A stretch of DNA of 64,000 nucleotides, taken from an uncultured cyanobacterium. GTDB taxonomy: Bacteria; Cyanobacteriota; Cyanobacteriia; Phormidesmidales; Phormidesmidaceae. The notes beneath the pieces were generated by a model that was given only the letters and a program-made list of their open reading frames with translations, ran no database searches and was not told the DNA's origin. This document shows positions 20,313 to 28,225 of the stretch, piece after piece. Within the stretch, counting starts at the first letter, position 1; every line of letters begins with the position of its first letter. The position numbers and the translations under genes were made by a program. The stretch covers positions 576,001 to 640,000 of the forward strand of contig CAWBZI010000001.1 of NCBI GenBank assembly GCA_963793265.1, in the 5' to 3' direction.

Positions 20313-21317
20313 ATGATCAAAGTAGCGATCGCAAACGACACCCTCCTAGCCTTAGAAGCATTGCGCCGGGCAATCGCCACTGACCCAGCCTATCAGCTCG
20401 TTTGGATAGCCAGAGAAGGAGCCCGAGCCGTTGAACTAGCTGAGCGCAACCGACCTGATTTAATCTTAATGGACTTGCAGATGCCCGGCGTAGACGGGGC
20501 CGAGGCAACCCGACAGATTATGGCGCGATCGCCCTGCGCTATTTTAATTGTTACAGGTAGCGTCGAGCGCAACACATCTAAAGTATTCGAGGCAATGGGC
20601 TATGGCGCACTCGACGTCGTACAAACGCCCGTGCTGGGAAGCGAACAGAGTTTAGAGATCTCAGCCCGACCGCTGCTAGCAAAAATGGCGGTTGTCATCA
20701 AGGCGTTTCACCTACCGGCTCCGCCCATATTACAGACTGAGCCAGTATCTAATCTCCCTGTGGAACTGATTGTTATTGGCGCTTCTACAGGTGGGCCTAA
20801 AGCGATCGCTCACATCCTAAGCCAGCTACCTGAGGGCTTTACAGCGGCTATTATAATTACCCAACATATCGACCAGCAGTTCACACATCAGCTTGCAAAC
20901 TGGCTGAACGATCAGAGTCATTTACCCGTGTCGTTAGCGCAGGCAGGCGATCGCCCATTGCCCGGTAAGGTGCTACTGGCAAAAGCTGAAGGACATTTGG
21001 TCATGAAAGGCGATCGCACCCTGGCCTACACACATCAGGCAAATAATATCTACCGCCCTTCCGTCAACGTATTTTTTAAGAGCATTGCTCGACACTGGCC
21101 TTTAGGCCAACAGCTCTCAGGACGAGCCATTTTGCTCACGGGGATGGGGCAAGATGGTGCTGAAGGATTAAGGGCGCTGCGTGAGTCGGGATGGCAAACG
21201 GTTGCAGAGAGCGAAACAAGCTGCGTGGTGTTTGGAATGCCTCAGGCGGCAATCGCGAGGGGCGCGGCGAGTCGGGTGATGGGGGTGGAGGCGATCGCAA
21301 GTTGGCTAGCCCACTAA
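20313..21317 (+). CDS. cheB: CheB methylesterase (WspF-like)
   Basis: REC domain plus catalytic motifs GASTGG, QHID, YRPSVNVFF, LTGMGQDGA. Confidence 0.94.
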   Translation: MIKVAIANDTLLALEALRRAIATDPAYQLVWIAREGARAVELAERNRPDLILMDLQMPGVDGAEATRQIMARSPCAILIVTGSVERNTSKVFEAMGYGALDVVQTPVLGSEQSLEISARPLLAKMAVVIKAFHLPAPPILQTEPVSNLPVELIVIGASTGGPKAIAHILSQLPEGFTAAIIITQHIDQQFTHQLANWLNDQSHLPVSLAQAGDRPLPGKVLLAKAEGHLVMKGDRTLAYTHQANNIYRPSVNVFFKSIARHWPLGQQLSGRAILLTGMGQDGAEGLRALRESGWQTVAESETSCVVFGMPQAAIARGAASRVMGVEAIASWLAH

Positions 21318-21383
21318 TCCTGCCGGGAACACTAATGGTTGATACGTGCACGATAGAAATGATGATAACCGATAGGTATATCG

Positions 21384-22814
21384 ATGTCTGAGTTGACTCT
21401 TCCCAATCAGCCAACTGACGGGCGGCCTACCGTTGTCTTAGTCATTGACGATCAGCCGATTGTCATTGAATCTATCCGCCGTTTGCTCGAAGCCGAGGCT
21501 GATATTGAGCTACACGCCTGCTACGACCCTACGATGGCACTCTCTACAGCGGCAGAGTTGCGGCCCAGCGTAATTTTGCAAGATTTAGTCATGCCTGACG
21601 TAGACGGGCTTATGCTGGTTAAATTTTTGCGGGCTCATCCTGCGACCAAAGAAACGCCTATTATTGTTCTTTCTTCTCAAGACGACGCCAAAACCAAAGC
21701 AGAAGCTTTTGCAGTCGGAGCCAACGATTACTTGGTAAAGCTGCCCGATCCGATTGAACTTATTGCTCGCTTGCGCTATCACTCGCAGGCTTACTACAAC
21801 TTGCTCAAGCGAGATGAAGCCGAACAAACGCTCGTTCATAACAAAGTTTTAGAAAAGCGTGTGGAGGAACGCACCGCTGAGCTAAAGCAAGCTTTAGATG
21901 ATTTAAAGCGCACTCAGGCTAAGCTGATTCACAATGAAAAGATGAGCAGTATGGGTCAGCTTGTTGCTGGCATCGCGCATGAAGTTAACAATCCCATCAA
22001 TTTTATCTACGGCAATCTCAACTACATGAACGGCTACGTTCAAGATTTGTTAGATCTTATAAGATCGTATCAGCAGCACTACCCTGCGCCCGCTAAAGAC
22101 ATCAAAGAAAAAATAGAAGAACTTGACCTAGAATTCACCTCACCTGATCTCATTCAGAGCTTTGTTTCTTTACGCAGCGGTGCGAAGCGCATTCGCAATC
22201 TGGTGCTCAGCCTACGCAACTTTTCTCGCTTCGATGAATCCGAGCTAAAAACGGTAGACATTCACGAAGGCATAGACAGCACGCTTGCTATGCTGGGCGA
22301 TCAGACCAAAGGCATCACGGTTGAAAAACAATATGGTACGCTGCCGTGTGTCGAATGCTATCCAGGGCAGTTGAACCAGGCTTTAATGCACCTTATCCGC
22401 AATGCTCTAGAAGCGCTTAATCGGCTAGGCACCGTAGAAGACGGGGCCGTAAAGTCTCCTATACTACACATTTCTACGGCTGCAGTTGAAGGCGATCGCG
22501 TCACGATATGGATAGCTGACAACGGCCCTGGCATTTCATTAGAGATACAAGATCGTATATTTGATCCCTTTTTTACAACTAAAAAAGTAGGAGAAGGTGC
22601 AGGATTAGGTCTTTCAATTAGCCATCAGGTCGTGTCGGTGCTGCATGGCGGCAAGCTAAAGTGCTATTCAATGCCGGGGCAGGGCGCTAAGTTTTTAGTT
22701 GAGCTGCCGGTTCAGCTATTGGCTGGTGAGAAAACGGCTGAGCCCGCTACCGATCAGAAGTTCATAACGCCTGCCGAGCTTGTTGGGTCATCTCACAAAG
22801 CTCAGCGAGGCTAG
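21384..22814 (+). CDS. WspR-type receiver fused to a histidine kinase (REC-coiled coil-HisKA-HATPase)
   Basis: REC VILQDLVMPDVDG...GANDYLVKLPDPIELIARLRYHS; H-box AGIAHEVNNPINFI; ADNGPG, FDPFFTTK, GAGLGLSIS. Confidence 0.9.
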   Translation: MSELTLPNQPTDGRPTVVLVIDDQPIVIESIRRLLEAEADIELHACYDPTMALSTAAELRPSVILQDLVMPDVDGLMLVKFLRAHPATKETPIIVLSSQDDAKTKAEAFAVGANDYLVKLPDPIELIARLRYHSQAYYNLLKRDEAEQTLVHNKVLEKRVEERTAELKQALDDLKRTQAKLIHNEKMSSMGQLVAGIAHEVNNPINFIYGNLNYMNGYVQDLLDLIRSYQQHYPAPAKDIKEKIEELDLEFTSPDLIQSFVSLRSGAKRIRNLVLSLRNFSRFDESELKTVDIHEGIDSTLAMLGDQTKGITVEKQYGTLPCVECYPGQLNQALMHLIRNALEALNRLGTVEDGAVKSPILHISTAAVEGDRVTIWIADNGPGISLEIQDRIFDPFFTTKKVGEGAGLGLSISHQVVSVLHGGKLKCYSMPGQGAKFLVELPVQLLAGEKTAEPATDQKFITPAELVGSSHKAQRG

Positions 22815-23598
22815 GCCAGGGGTGCGTTTCTGATTCTGCCTTTAGCCACAGCAAATACTCGATATTACCAGCCGGGCCAACGGTATCTGACCACGTGAGC
22901 CCTTTGTACTGCCAGCCGAGAGCAGCGGCAGCTTGATTGACCTGAAGAATTGTGATCGCCTGATCTTTAGCATCACGAACCACCCCCTTCTTCCCAATCT
23001 TTTCGCGGCCCACTTCAAACTGCGGTTTGACCAACAAAATTACTTCTCTTGGTGGAGCCAACAGCGCCCAAAAGGCAGGCAGCACTTTTGTCAGCGAAAT
23101 AAAGGAAACGTCCATAACGCCCAACGTAGGCATCGCTAACGGCTGAGCTGGCGTCTGGTCTGGCGGTGGCTGATAAAGATCGGCAGGCGTCAGGTGACGA
23201 ATATTCGTGCGCTCTCGCAATACCACCCGAGGATCTTGGCGAATCTTCCAGGCGACCTGCCCGTAGCCAACATCAATACCGTACACCCGTTTGGCGTCGG
23301 CCTGTAGCAGGCAATCGGTGAAGCCACCTGTAGAAATACCGCCGTCTAAACAGATTTTACCTTGGGGCTGCACATCGAATGTTTTGAGCGCTTTAGCGAG
23401 CTTTTCACCCCCTCTAGAGACAAAGGGCGGCTTTTTTTTAAGTTCAATAACCGCATCTGCGGCAACGAGCGCACCGGGCTTATCTATAATTTGCTGGGCA
23501 ATTTTCACCTCACCCGCTCTAATCAACCGCTGCGCCTGCTGCCGGGAGGGGCATAGGCCCTGCTCCACGAGGAGAGTATCGATTCGCTGTTTAGCCAA
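22762..23598 (-). CDS. tlyA: TlyA family rRNA 2'-O-methyltransferase
   Basis: S4-like N-terminus, FVSRGGEKL, DGGISTGGFTDCLL, DVSFISL, LVKPQFE, GNIEYL; TTG 23598 likely (the ORF extends to ATG 23667). Confidence 0.93.
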   Translation of the reverse strand: MAKQRIDTLLVEQGLCPSRQQAQRLIRAGEVKIAQQIIDKPGALVAADAVIELKKKPPFVSRGGEKLAKALKTFDVQPQGKICLDGGISTGGFTDCLLQADAKRVYGIDVGYGQVAWKIRQDPRVVLRERTNIRHLTPADLYQPPPDQTPAQPLAMPTLGVMDVSFISLTKVLPAFWALLAPPREVILLVKPQFEVGREKIGKKGVVRDAKDQAITILQVNQAAAALGWQYKGLTWSDTVGPAGNIEYLLWLKAESETHPWPSLAELCEMTQQARQAL

Positions 23599-23900
23599 GG
23601 TAGGAGCATAGGTAGGGGTGCGTTTAATTGTAATCTTAGAGGGTTTCGACAGCGATTCTTCTGTCATCCTCGGTCATCTTCAAAATATTAGCGTGAACTA
23701 CATTCAAGGCTGCATAGTGGACAAGGCGCAGCCACAGATATATCTCCTATCAGCCTGAATCTGGAAAAGTTAGATGAGGCGTATGTGCGTCGTTATGAAG
23801 ATGGTTAGACAGACTATCTGTAAGTGCGGGCTGTTCGGTAGGATTAAAGGTACGCGAGACAACGCTTGTAGCGCCGCCCTACCGCATCTAGAAACTGTCT

Positions 23901-25262
23901 ATGACCTTTGAGAGCACTTCAGCTAAGCTATCTTCAGAATCATCTTTGGGGCCGTTTTCAAAACAGGCGGCTGAGGAATGGGACTTGAAGCGGCTGTATG
24001 CTGATTTGGCGATCGCAAAGTCAAAAGCCACCCCCGACCGGCAGCCAACGCTAACAGCCGTAGAAAAAGAACGCCTGTGCGGGCTGCTATTGGACTATAG
24101 CCCGGCTGAAATCGCTCAAAAGAAGTACGTGACGCCTCGAACGGTTGAAGTCTCTTTTTGTGTGGGGATTTATCGGTATGTAGAGATTTTGGCAAAGCGC
24201 GATCGCAATGCTTTAGAAGGCTGGCGGGATGTCGTCACTTGGCTAACAGCGGCAGGGTATCGGCGATCGCAAGTCGCTGTTAACTGGGCACAAATGCCCG
24301 ACGTACCCGCGCTATATGGGCGAGAAGTTGAGCTTGACCGGCTCTCAAGTTGGATATGTGGCAGTTCGCCCTGCCGAATGCTGGCGATTAATGGCCCGGC
24401 GGGAATTGGCAAAACATCGCTGGCGATTGAACTTGCTAAAAAGGTGAAGCCTCAGTTTGAAGGGGCCATTTGGCAGTCTTTACGGCATCAGCCCGCGCTC
24501 GAAACTGTGTTGAGCGACTGGCTAGTGCAGCTCCCTAATGATTTTAATCGGGCGCGGCCTACGTCAGAGTGGTACAAGCAAATTGACGATGTGATGGATT
24601 ATCTGAGAGCGCACCGCTGCTTGGTGGTGCTGGATAATTTGGAGTCTATTTTGCGCGGCGGCAGTTTGTTTGGTGAGTATGAGCCCGCGCATGAGCCCTA
24701 TCGCGAGCTGCTAAAACGGATGGGCGAGGAGCCACATCAAAGCTGTGTGCTGGTGACGAGTCGGGAGAGCAATCGAGAAATTCGAGGATCAGAGTCAGCG
24801 GCGCATCCAGTGCGGCAGTTGCGTTTAGAAGGACTGAGCTATGAGGCGGCAGCGCCTATTTTAAAAGAAGAAAAGCTGTTGGAGAGTGATGGGCCGAACG
24901 GGTACGGTAAAAAGCTAGTGCAGCAGTATCGGGGCAATCCTCACTTTTTGAGGATGGTGGCTTTTACCATTCATGAGGTGTTTGACGGTAGGGTGGGCGA
25001 CTTTTTGAAGCAGCGGATGACGCTGTTTGGGGAGGTGGTGTATATTCTCGATCAGCAGTACGACCGCCTGTCGGATGAGGAAAAGGCAATATTGCAACAG
25101 CTAGCAAGACAGGACGAGCGGGTGCCGCTTGAGGATTTGATTCCGCCGCATAAGCTGGAATCTATTAACGCGCTAAACCGGCGATCGCTGATCGAAAAGA
25201 GCGCAGCGGGCTACACGCTAAGACCTGTGGTCATGGAACATGTGCGCCGTAAGCTGCAGTGA
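23901..25262 (+). CDS. STAND/NB-ARC ATPase with N-terminal HTH-like domain and no C-terminal repeat domain
   Basis: HTH-like LTAVEKERLCGLLLDYSPAEIA...TVEV; YGREVEL, Walker A GPAGIGKT, Walker B LVVLDN, VTSRE, GNP, winged-helix end LRPVVMEHV. Confidence 0.85.
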   Translation: MTFESTSAKLSSESSLGPFSKQAAEEWDLKRLYADLAIAKSKATPDRQPTLTAVEKERLCGLLLDYSPAEIAQKKYVTPRTVEVSFCVGIYRYVEILAKRDRNALEGWRDVVTWLTAAGYRRSQVAVNWAQMPDVPALYGREVELDRLSSWICGSSPCRMLAINGPAGIGKTSLAIELAKKVKPQFEGAIWQSLRHQPALETVLSDWLVQLPNDFNRARPTSEWYKQIDDVMDYLRAHRCLVVLDNLESILRGGSLFGEYEPAHEPYRELLKRMGEEPHQSCVLVTSRESNREIRGSESAAHPVRQLRLEGLSYEAAAPILKEEKLLESDGPNGYGKKLVQQYRGNPHFLRMVAFTIHEVFDGRVGDFLKQRMTLFGEVVYILDQQYDRLSDEEKAILQQLARQDERVPLEDLIPPHKLESINALNRRSLIEKSAAGYTLRPVVMEHVRRKLQ

Positions 25263-25272
25263 GTTTTGTAAC

Positions 25273-26322
25273 ATGAGCTATTGCATAAATCCCTGGTGCG
25301 CTCAGCGTAAAAATGAAGCGACAGACAAGTGCTGTCAGGAATGTGGTACGCCTTTGCTCATTCAGGGGCGCTACCGGCTGTTGCGTCCGCTGCGTGAGCT
25401 GGATGAGTGGGAGCCATCAGAGATTTTTGAGATTGAAGATAGGGCCGACAGCAGCGGTCAGCCGAAGGTGCTGAAGATTCTTAAAAAGGCGAGCTTTCAG
25501 CCGCAGTTTGAGCGTGAGATTAAGACGTTGCAGCATTTGCAGCACGTGGGTGTCCCCGCGATCGCCCTCGATGGAGATTTTGTCTTTGAGATAGGCGATC
25601 GCAAGCTCTACTGCCTGGTGATGGAAAAAATTCAGGGCAAAAACCTGGACGTCTGGCTACAGGAAAACGGCAGCATCGACCAGGCCCAGGCGATTGACTG
25701 GATGCGTCAGCTCGTAGCCGTACTCGGCAAACTACACAGCGAAAGTCTCTTTCATCGAGACATCAAGCTCTCAAATATTATGCTTCGGCCCAGCGGACAG
25801 CTCGCGCTAATCGACTTTGGCACGGTGAGGCCGATGAGCGGCACTTACTTTGCCAAAATCTCAGGACAAAGAGACATTACCAGCGTAGTGTCGCCGGGCT
25901 ATACGCCGTTAGAACAAATTAATGGCAAAGCGGTGCCGCAGTCTGACTTTTATGCACTGGGGCGATCGCTTGTCTATTTGCTCACCGGGCAGCACCCGAT
26001 TGATTTGCCTGAAGATGAGGCAACGGGGCTTTTGGCGTGGAGAAGCTATAGCGATCGCCCCGTATCAGACTGGTTTGCCAGCCTATTAGACGACATGATG
26101 GCTCCCTTTTTAGCGCAGCGACCGCTAAACGCAGAGGCGTTGCTAGCACGGCTTGATCAACCAGAGATTAAAGCTCAGAGCATCGCACAGTCTAGTCCAG
26201 ATGCTTCTAAAGTTAAGCGTCGCCAAAGCCTTCAGGCAAAAGGAGAACTGTTCCTTTTGATCGTGCTGAACACTGTTGCTTTCGTAATGATTGTTGATTT
26301 TCTGGTGAATGCTTGGGGCTAA
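25273..26322 (+). CDS. Ser/Thr protein kinase with 4-Cys N-terminal prefix and C-terminal TM helix
   Basis: MSYCINPWC...CQECG prefix; VLKIL, FERE, HRDIKLSNIM, DFG, GYTPLEQ, SDFYALG; terminal hydrophobic helix. Confidence 0.9.
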   Translation: MSYCINPWCAQRKNEATDKCCQECGTPLLIQGRYRLLRPLRELDEWEPSEIFEIEDRADSSGQPKVLKILKKASFQPQFEREIKTLQHLQHVGVPAIALDGDFVFEIGDRKLYCLVMEKIQGKNLDVWLQENGSIDQAQAIDWMRQLVAVLGKLHSESLFHRDIKLSNIMLRPSGQLALIDFGTVRPMSGTYFAKISGQRDITSVVSPGYTPLEQINGKAVPQSDFYALGRSLVYLLTGQHPIDLPEDEATGLLAWRSYSDRPVSDWFASLLDDMMAPFLAQRPLNAEALLARLDQPEIKAQSIAQSSPDASKVKRRQSLQAKGELFLLIVLNTVAFVMIVDFLVNAWG

Positions 26323-26389
26323 CGACAGGCGAAGCCGTTAGAAAAGGTGCGTACATACGCTAAATAGTCAACAACGAAAGCACTGGCAA

Positions 26390-27787
26390 CTAGCTCATAG
26401 CGCGTCTCAAGCAGTTCTTTACAGCGCTATCTGTCTTCTTGTCTAAATAACATCGCGTTTTTCGCTGCGCGCTTTCCATAGCCTGCTCGATCGCTCCTTC
26501 ACTTGTGACCGATTCACCTAGCAGCTCACTGAGCGAGATTTGAAGCTCGCGAGAGACAGCAGTATATGGCTTAACCTTAGGGCGAAAATCAGAGCGCTGC
26601 TGTAGGTATTGCAGAATTTCTGGCATAAATGGATACTTCTCAACGATCTCAGCGTCTTCGAATAGCGCTTTGCGACTAGGCAGCACGCCGACCTCTAGCA
26701 CAAACTCCTTTTGGATCGCTTCACTGGTGAAATATTTAATGGCTTCCCAAGCCTGAGCTTCATAGGCAGAGTTTTTAGAGATGCCAAAGCCCCAGCCGCC
26801 TCGGCAGCTTATGCCGGGTCGACTGGCTGCGAAAGAGAACGGAGGGGCGATCGCAACTTTCCCTTTCACCAAAGAGCCCTCTCCCTGAATATCCGACCAA
26901 AACGCAGGCCATCCCCTCAAGAAAATCGCCTTACCCTCAACAAACTTCTCCTTAGAAAGTGTCTCGGTATAGTTCGTGACATCACGCGGAGAGATACCCT
27001 CTTGAATAAGCCGCTTCATCGCCGCCACCGCCCGCTGCGTCGGTTCATCAGTAAGTTTCACCCTACCGCGATCTATCCACTGTCCGCCTAAGCTGCGCAC
27101 CGCCTCAAAAAAGTTAACCACAAGCCCTTCATAAGAATCCCCCTGCCAAAGATAGCCTGCCTCTATCCCAGACGACGCCTTCACAGCTTCAACCGTCTCT
27201 TTCAGCGCCATCAATCCTTCAGGAACCTGTAATCCCACGCGATCCAACAGATCTTTGCGATAGTACAAAACGCCGACATCAGGATACATCGGTATGCGAT
27301 AGAGCCTTTTTCCACGAATATCAGAGTAGGTACCAATATCTATTTCGCTCTCTAAAAACTGATCGAGATCAAGCTTGTCAGCTTTCACACGTCTTGTTAG
27401 GTTCACTAACTCATCCTTGAAAGACTCTATCCAAATAACGTCCATAAAAACAAGGTCGTAGCGGACTTTATTGTCGCTACGGTTTTCTGTCGTAGATCTA
27501 AAGTCTTCTTTGTACAGGCCCTCTCTAACACTGGTGTTGTCAGAATCTCCTATCAGCGTGATCTTAATATCTCGATGTGTAGTTTCAAATCGATCGGCCA
27601 GCTTTCTCCAGGTAGACAGTTCACCCTCAGAAACCAGCATCGACAGTTCAGCAGGCGCTGCTAACGAAGAAACTGCTGCTGAAGGAGGCCACAAAATGTT
27701 TAGCAATAGCAGGCAGACAATCTGAGCTGCCAGCAGTACCATGAGTGCTGTTTGCCAAGAAAAGCGACGACGAGTTCTAGAGCGCAC
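26390..27787 (-). CDS. Sugar-type ABC substrate-binding protein with N-terminal TM anchor (orphan)
   Basis: YDLVFMDVIW, DVGVLYYRKDLL, GYLWQGDSYEGLVVNF, FLRGWP, RGGWGFGIS; start uncertain (GTG). Confidence 0.82.
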   Translation of the reverse strand: MRSRTRRRFSWQTALMVLLAAQIVCLLLLNILWPPSAAVSSLAAPAELSMLVSEGELSTWRKLADRFETTHRDIKITLIGDSDNTSVREGLYKEDFRSTTENRSDNKVRYDLVFMDVIWIESFKDELVNLTRRVKADKLDLDQFLESEIDIGTYSDIRGKRLYRIPMYPDVGVLYYRKDLLDRVGLQVPEGLMALKETVEAVKASSGIEAGYLWQGDSYEGLVVNFFEAVRSLGGQWIDRGRVKLTDEPTQRAVAAMKRLIQEGISPRDVTNYTETLSKEKFVEGKAIFLRGWPAFWSDIQGEGSLVKGKVAIAPPFSFAASRPGISCRGGWGFGISKNSAYEAQAWEAIKYFTSEAIQKEFVLEVGVLPSRKALFEDAEIVEKYPFMPEILQYLQQRSDFRPKVKPYTAVSRELQISLSELLGESVTSEGAIEQAMESAQRKTRCYLDKKTDSAVKNCLRRAMS

Positions 27788-27985
27788 TGGCTTGCGTAAG
27801 GGTAAAACGGCTAGGGCATTCAGCGCGGCTGTTAGCTGATAGCTGCTTGCGCTTATCCTTCCTACAGTACCGTTAAGTTCGGCGCGGTAAAATGCGCAAA
27901 CGGCGTTTTCAGCGCAAGCATAACCAAATTCATAACAGCGACTACCAGTGTTCTACTTTCGACGTAGGCTTTTGACATAGACGCT

Positions 27986-28162
27986 CTATTTCTTGCGGCC
28001 AAACTGCGCTTTCGCTTCCTTATAAACAGCGCCTGTAATCTCAGCCTGTCCGTGCTCTTTGGCATACTTCTCTATCTTCTTTCGAGCCGCTGGTCGCACG
28101 AAAAAAGGAATCTCTTTCAACGAAGCTTCAGCTTCAGCCGTCCACTGAATAGAATCTGCCAT
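27986..28162 (-). CDS. PCP_red-family small protein (stand-alone ChlB/BchB C-terminal-like domain), 58 aa
   Basis: Read by hand: MADSIQWTAEAEASLKEIPFFVRPAARKKIEKYAKEHGQAEITGAVYKEAKAQFGRKK; WT.EAE..L..IPFFVR..AR signature; below the ORF-track length cutoff. Confidence 0.85.
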   Translation of the reverse strand: MADSIQWTAEAEASLKEIPFFVRPAARKKIEKYAKEHGQAEITGAVYKEAKAQFGRKK

Positions 28163-28225
28163 AAAACGTAAGCACTCCTAAAAACATACAAGGCTCTTAT
28201 AGTAGTGTACGAGAGCTTCGTAGCG

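Noticed and set aside
23901..26322. NB-ARC plus kinase as an Avs-like anti-phage system
   Set aside because: No effector nuclease, TIR or SIR2 domain, no sensor repeats and no defence-island context; a regulatory role fits better, though defence is not excluded.
27862..28065. 67-aa minus-strand ORF from the track
   Set aside because: Overlaps, in another frame, the 58-aa PCP_red-like ORF that carries a recognisable signature.
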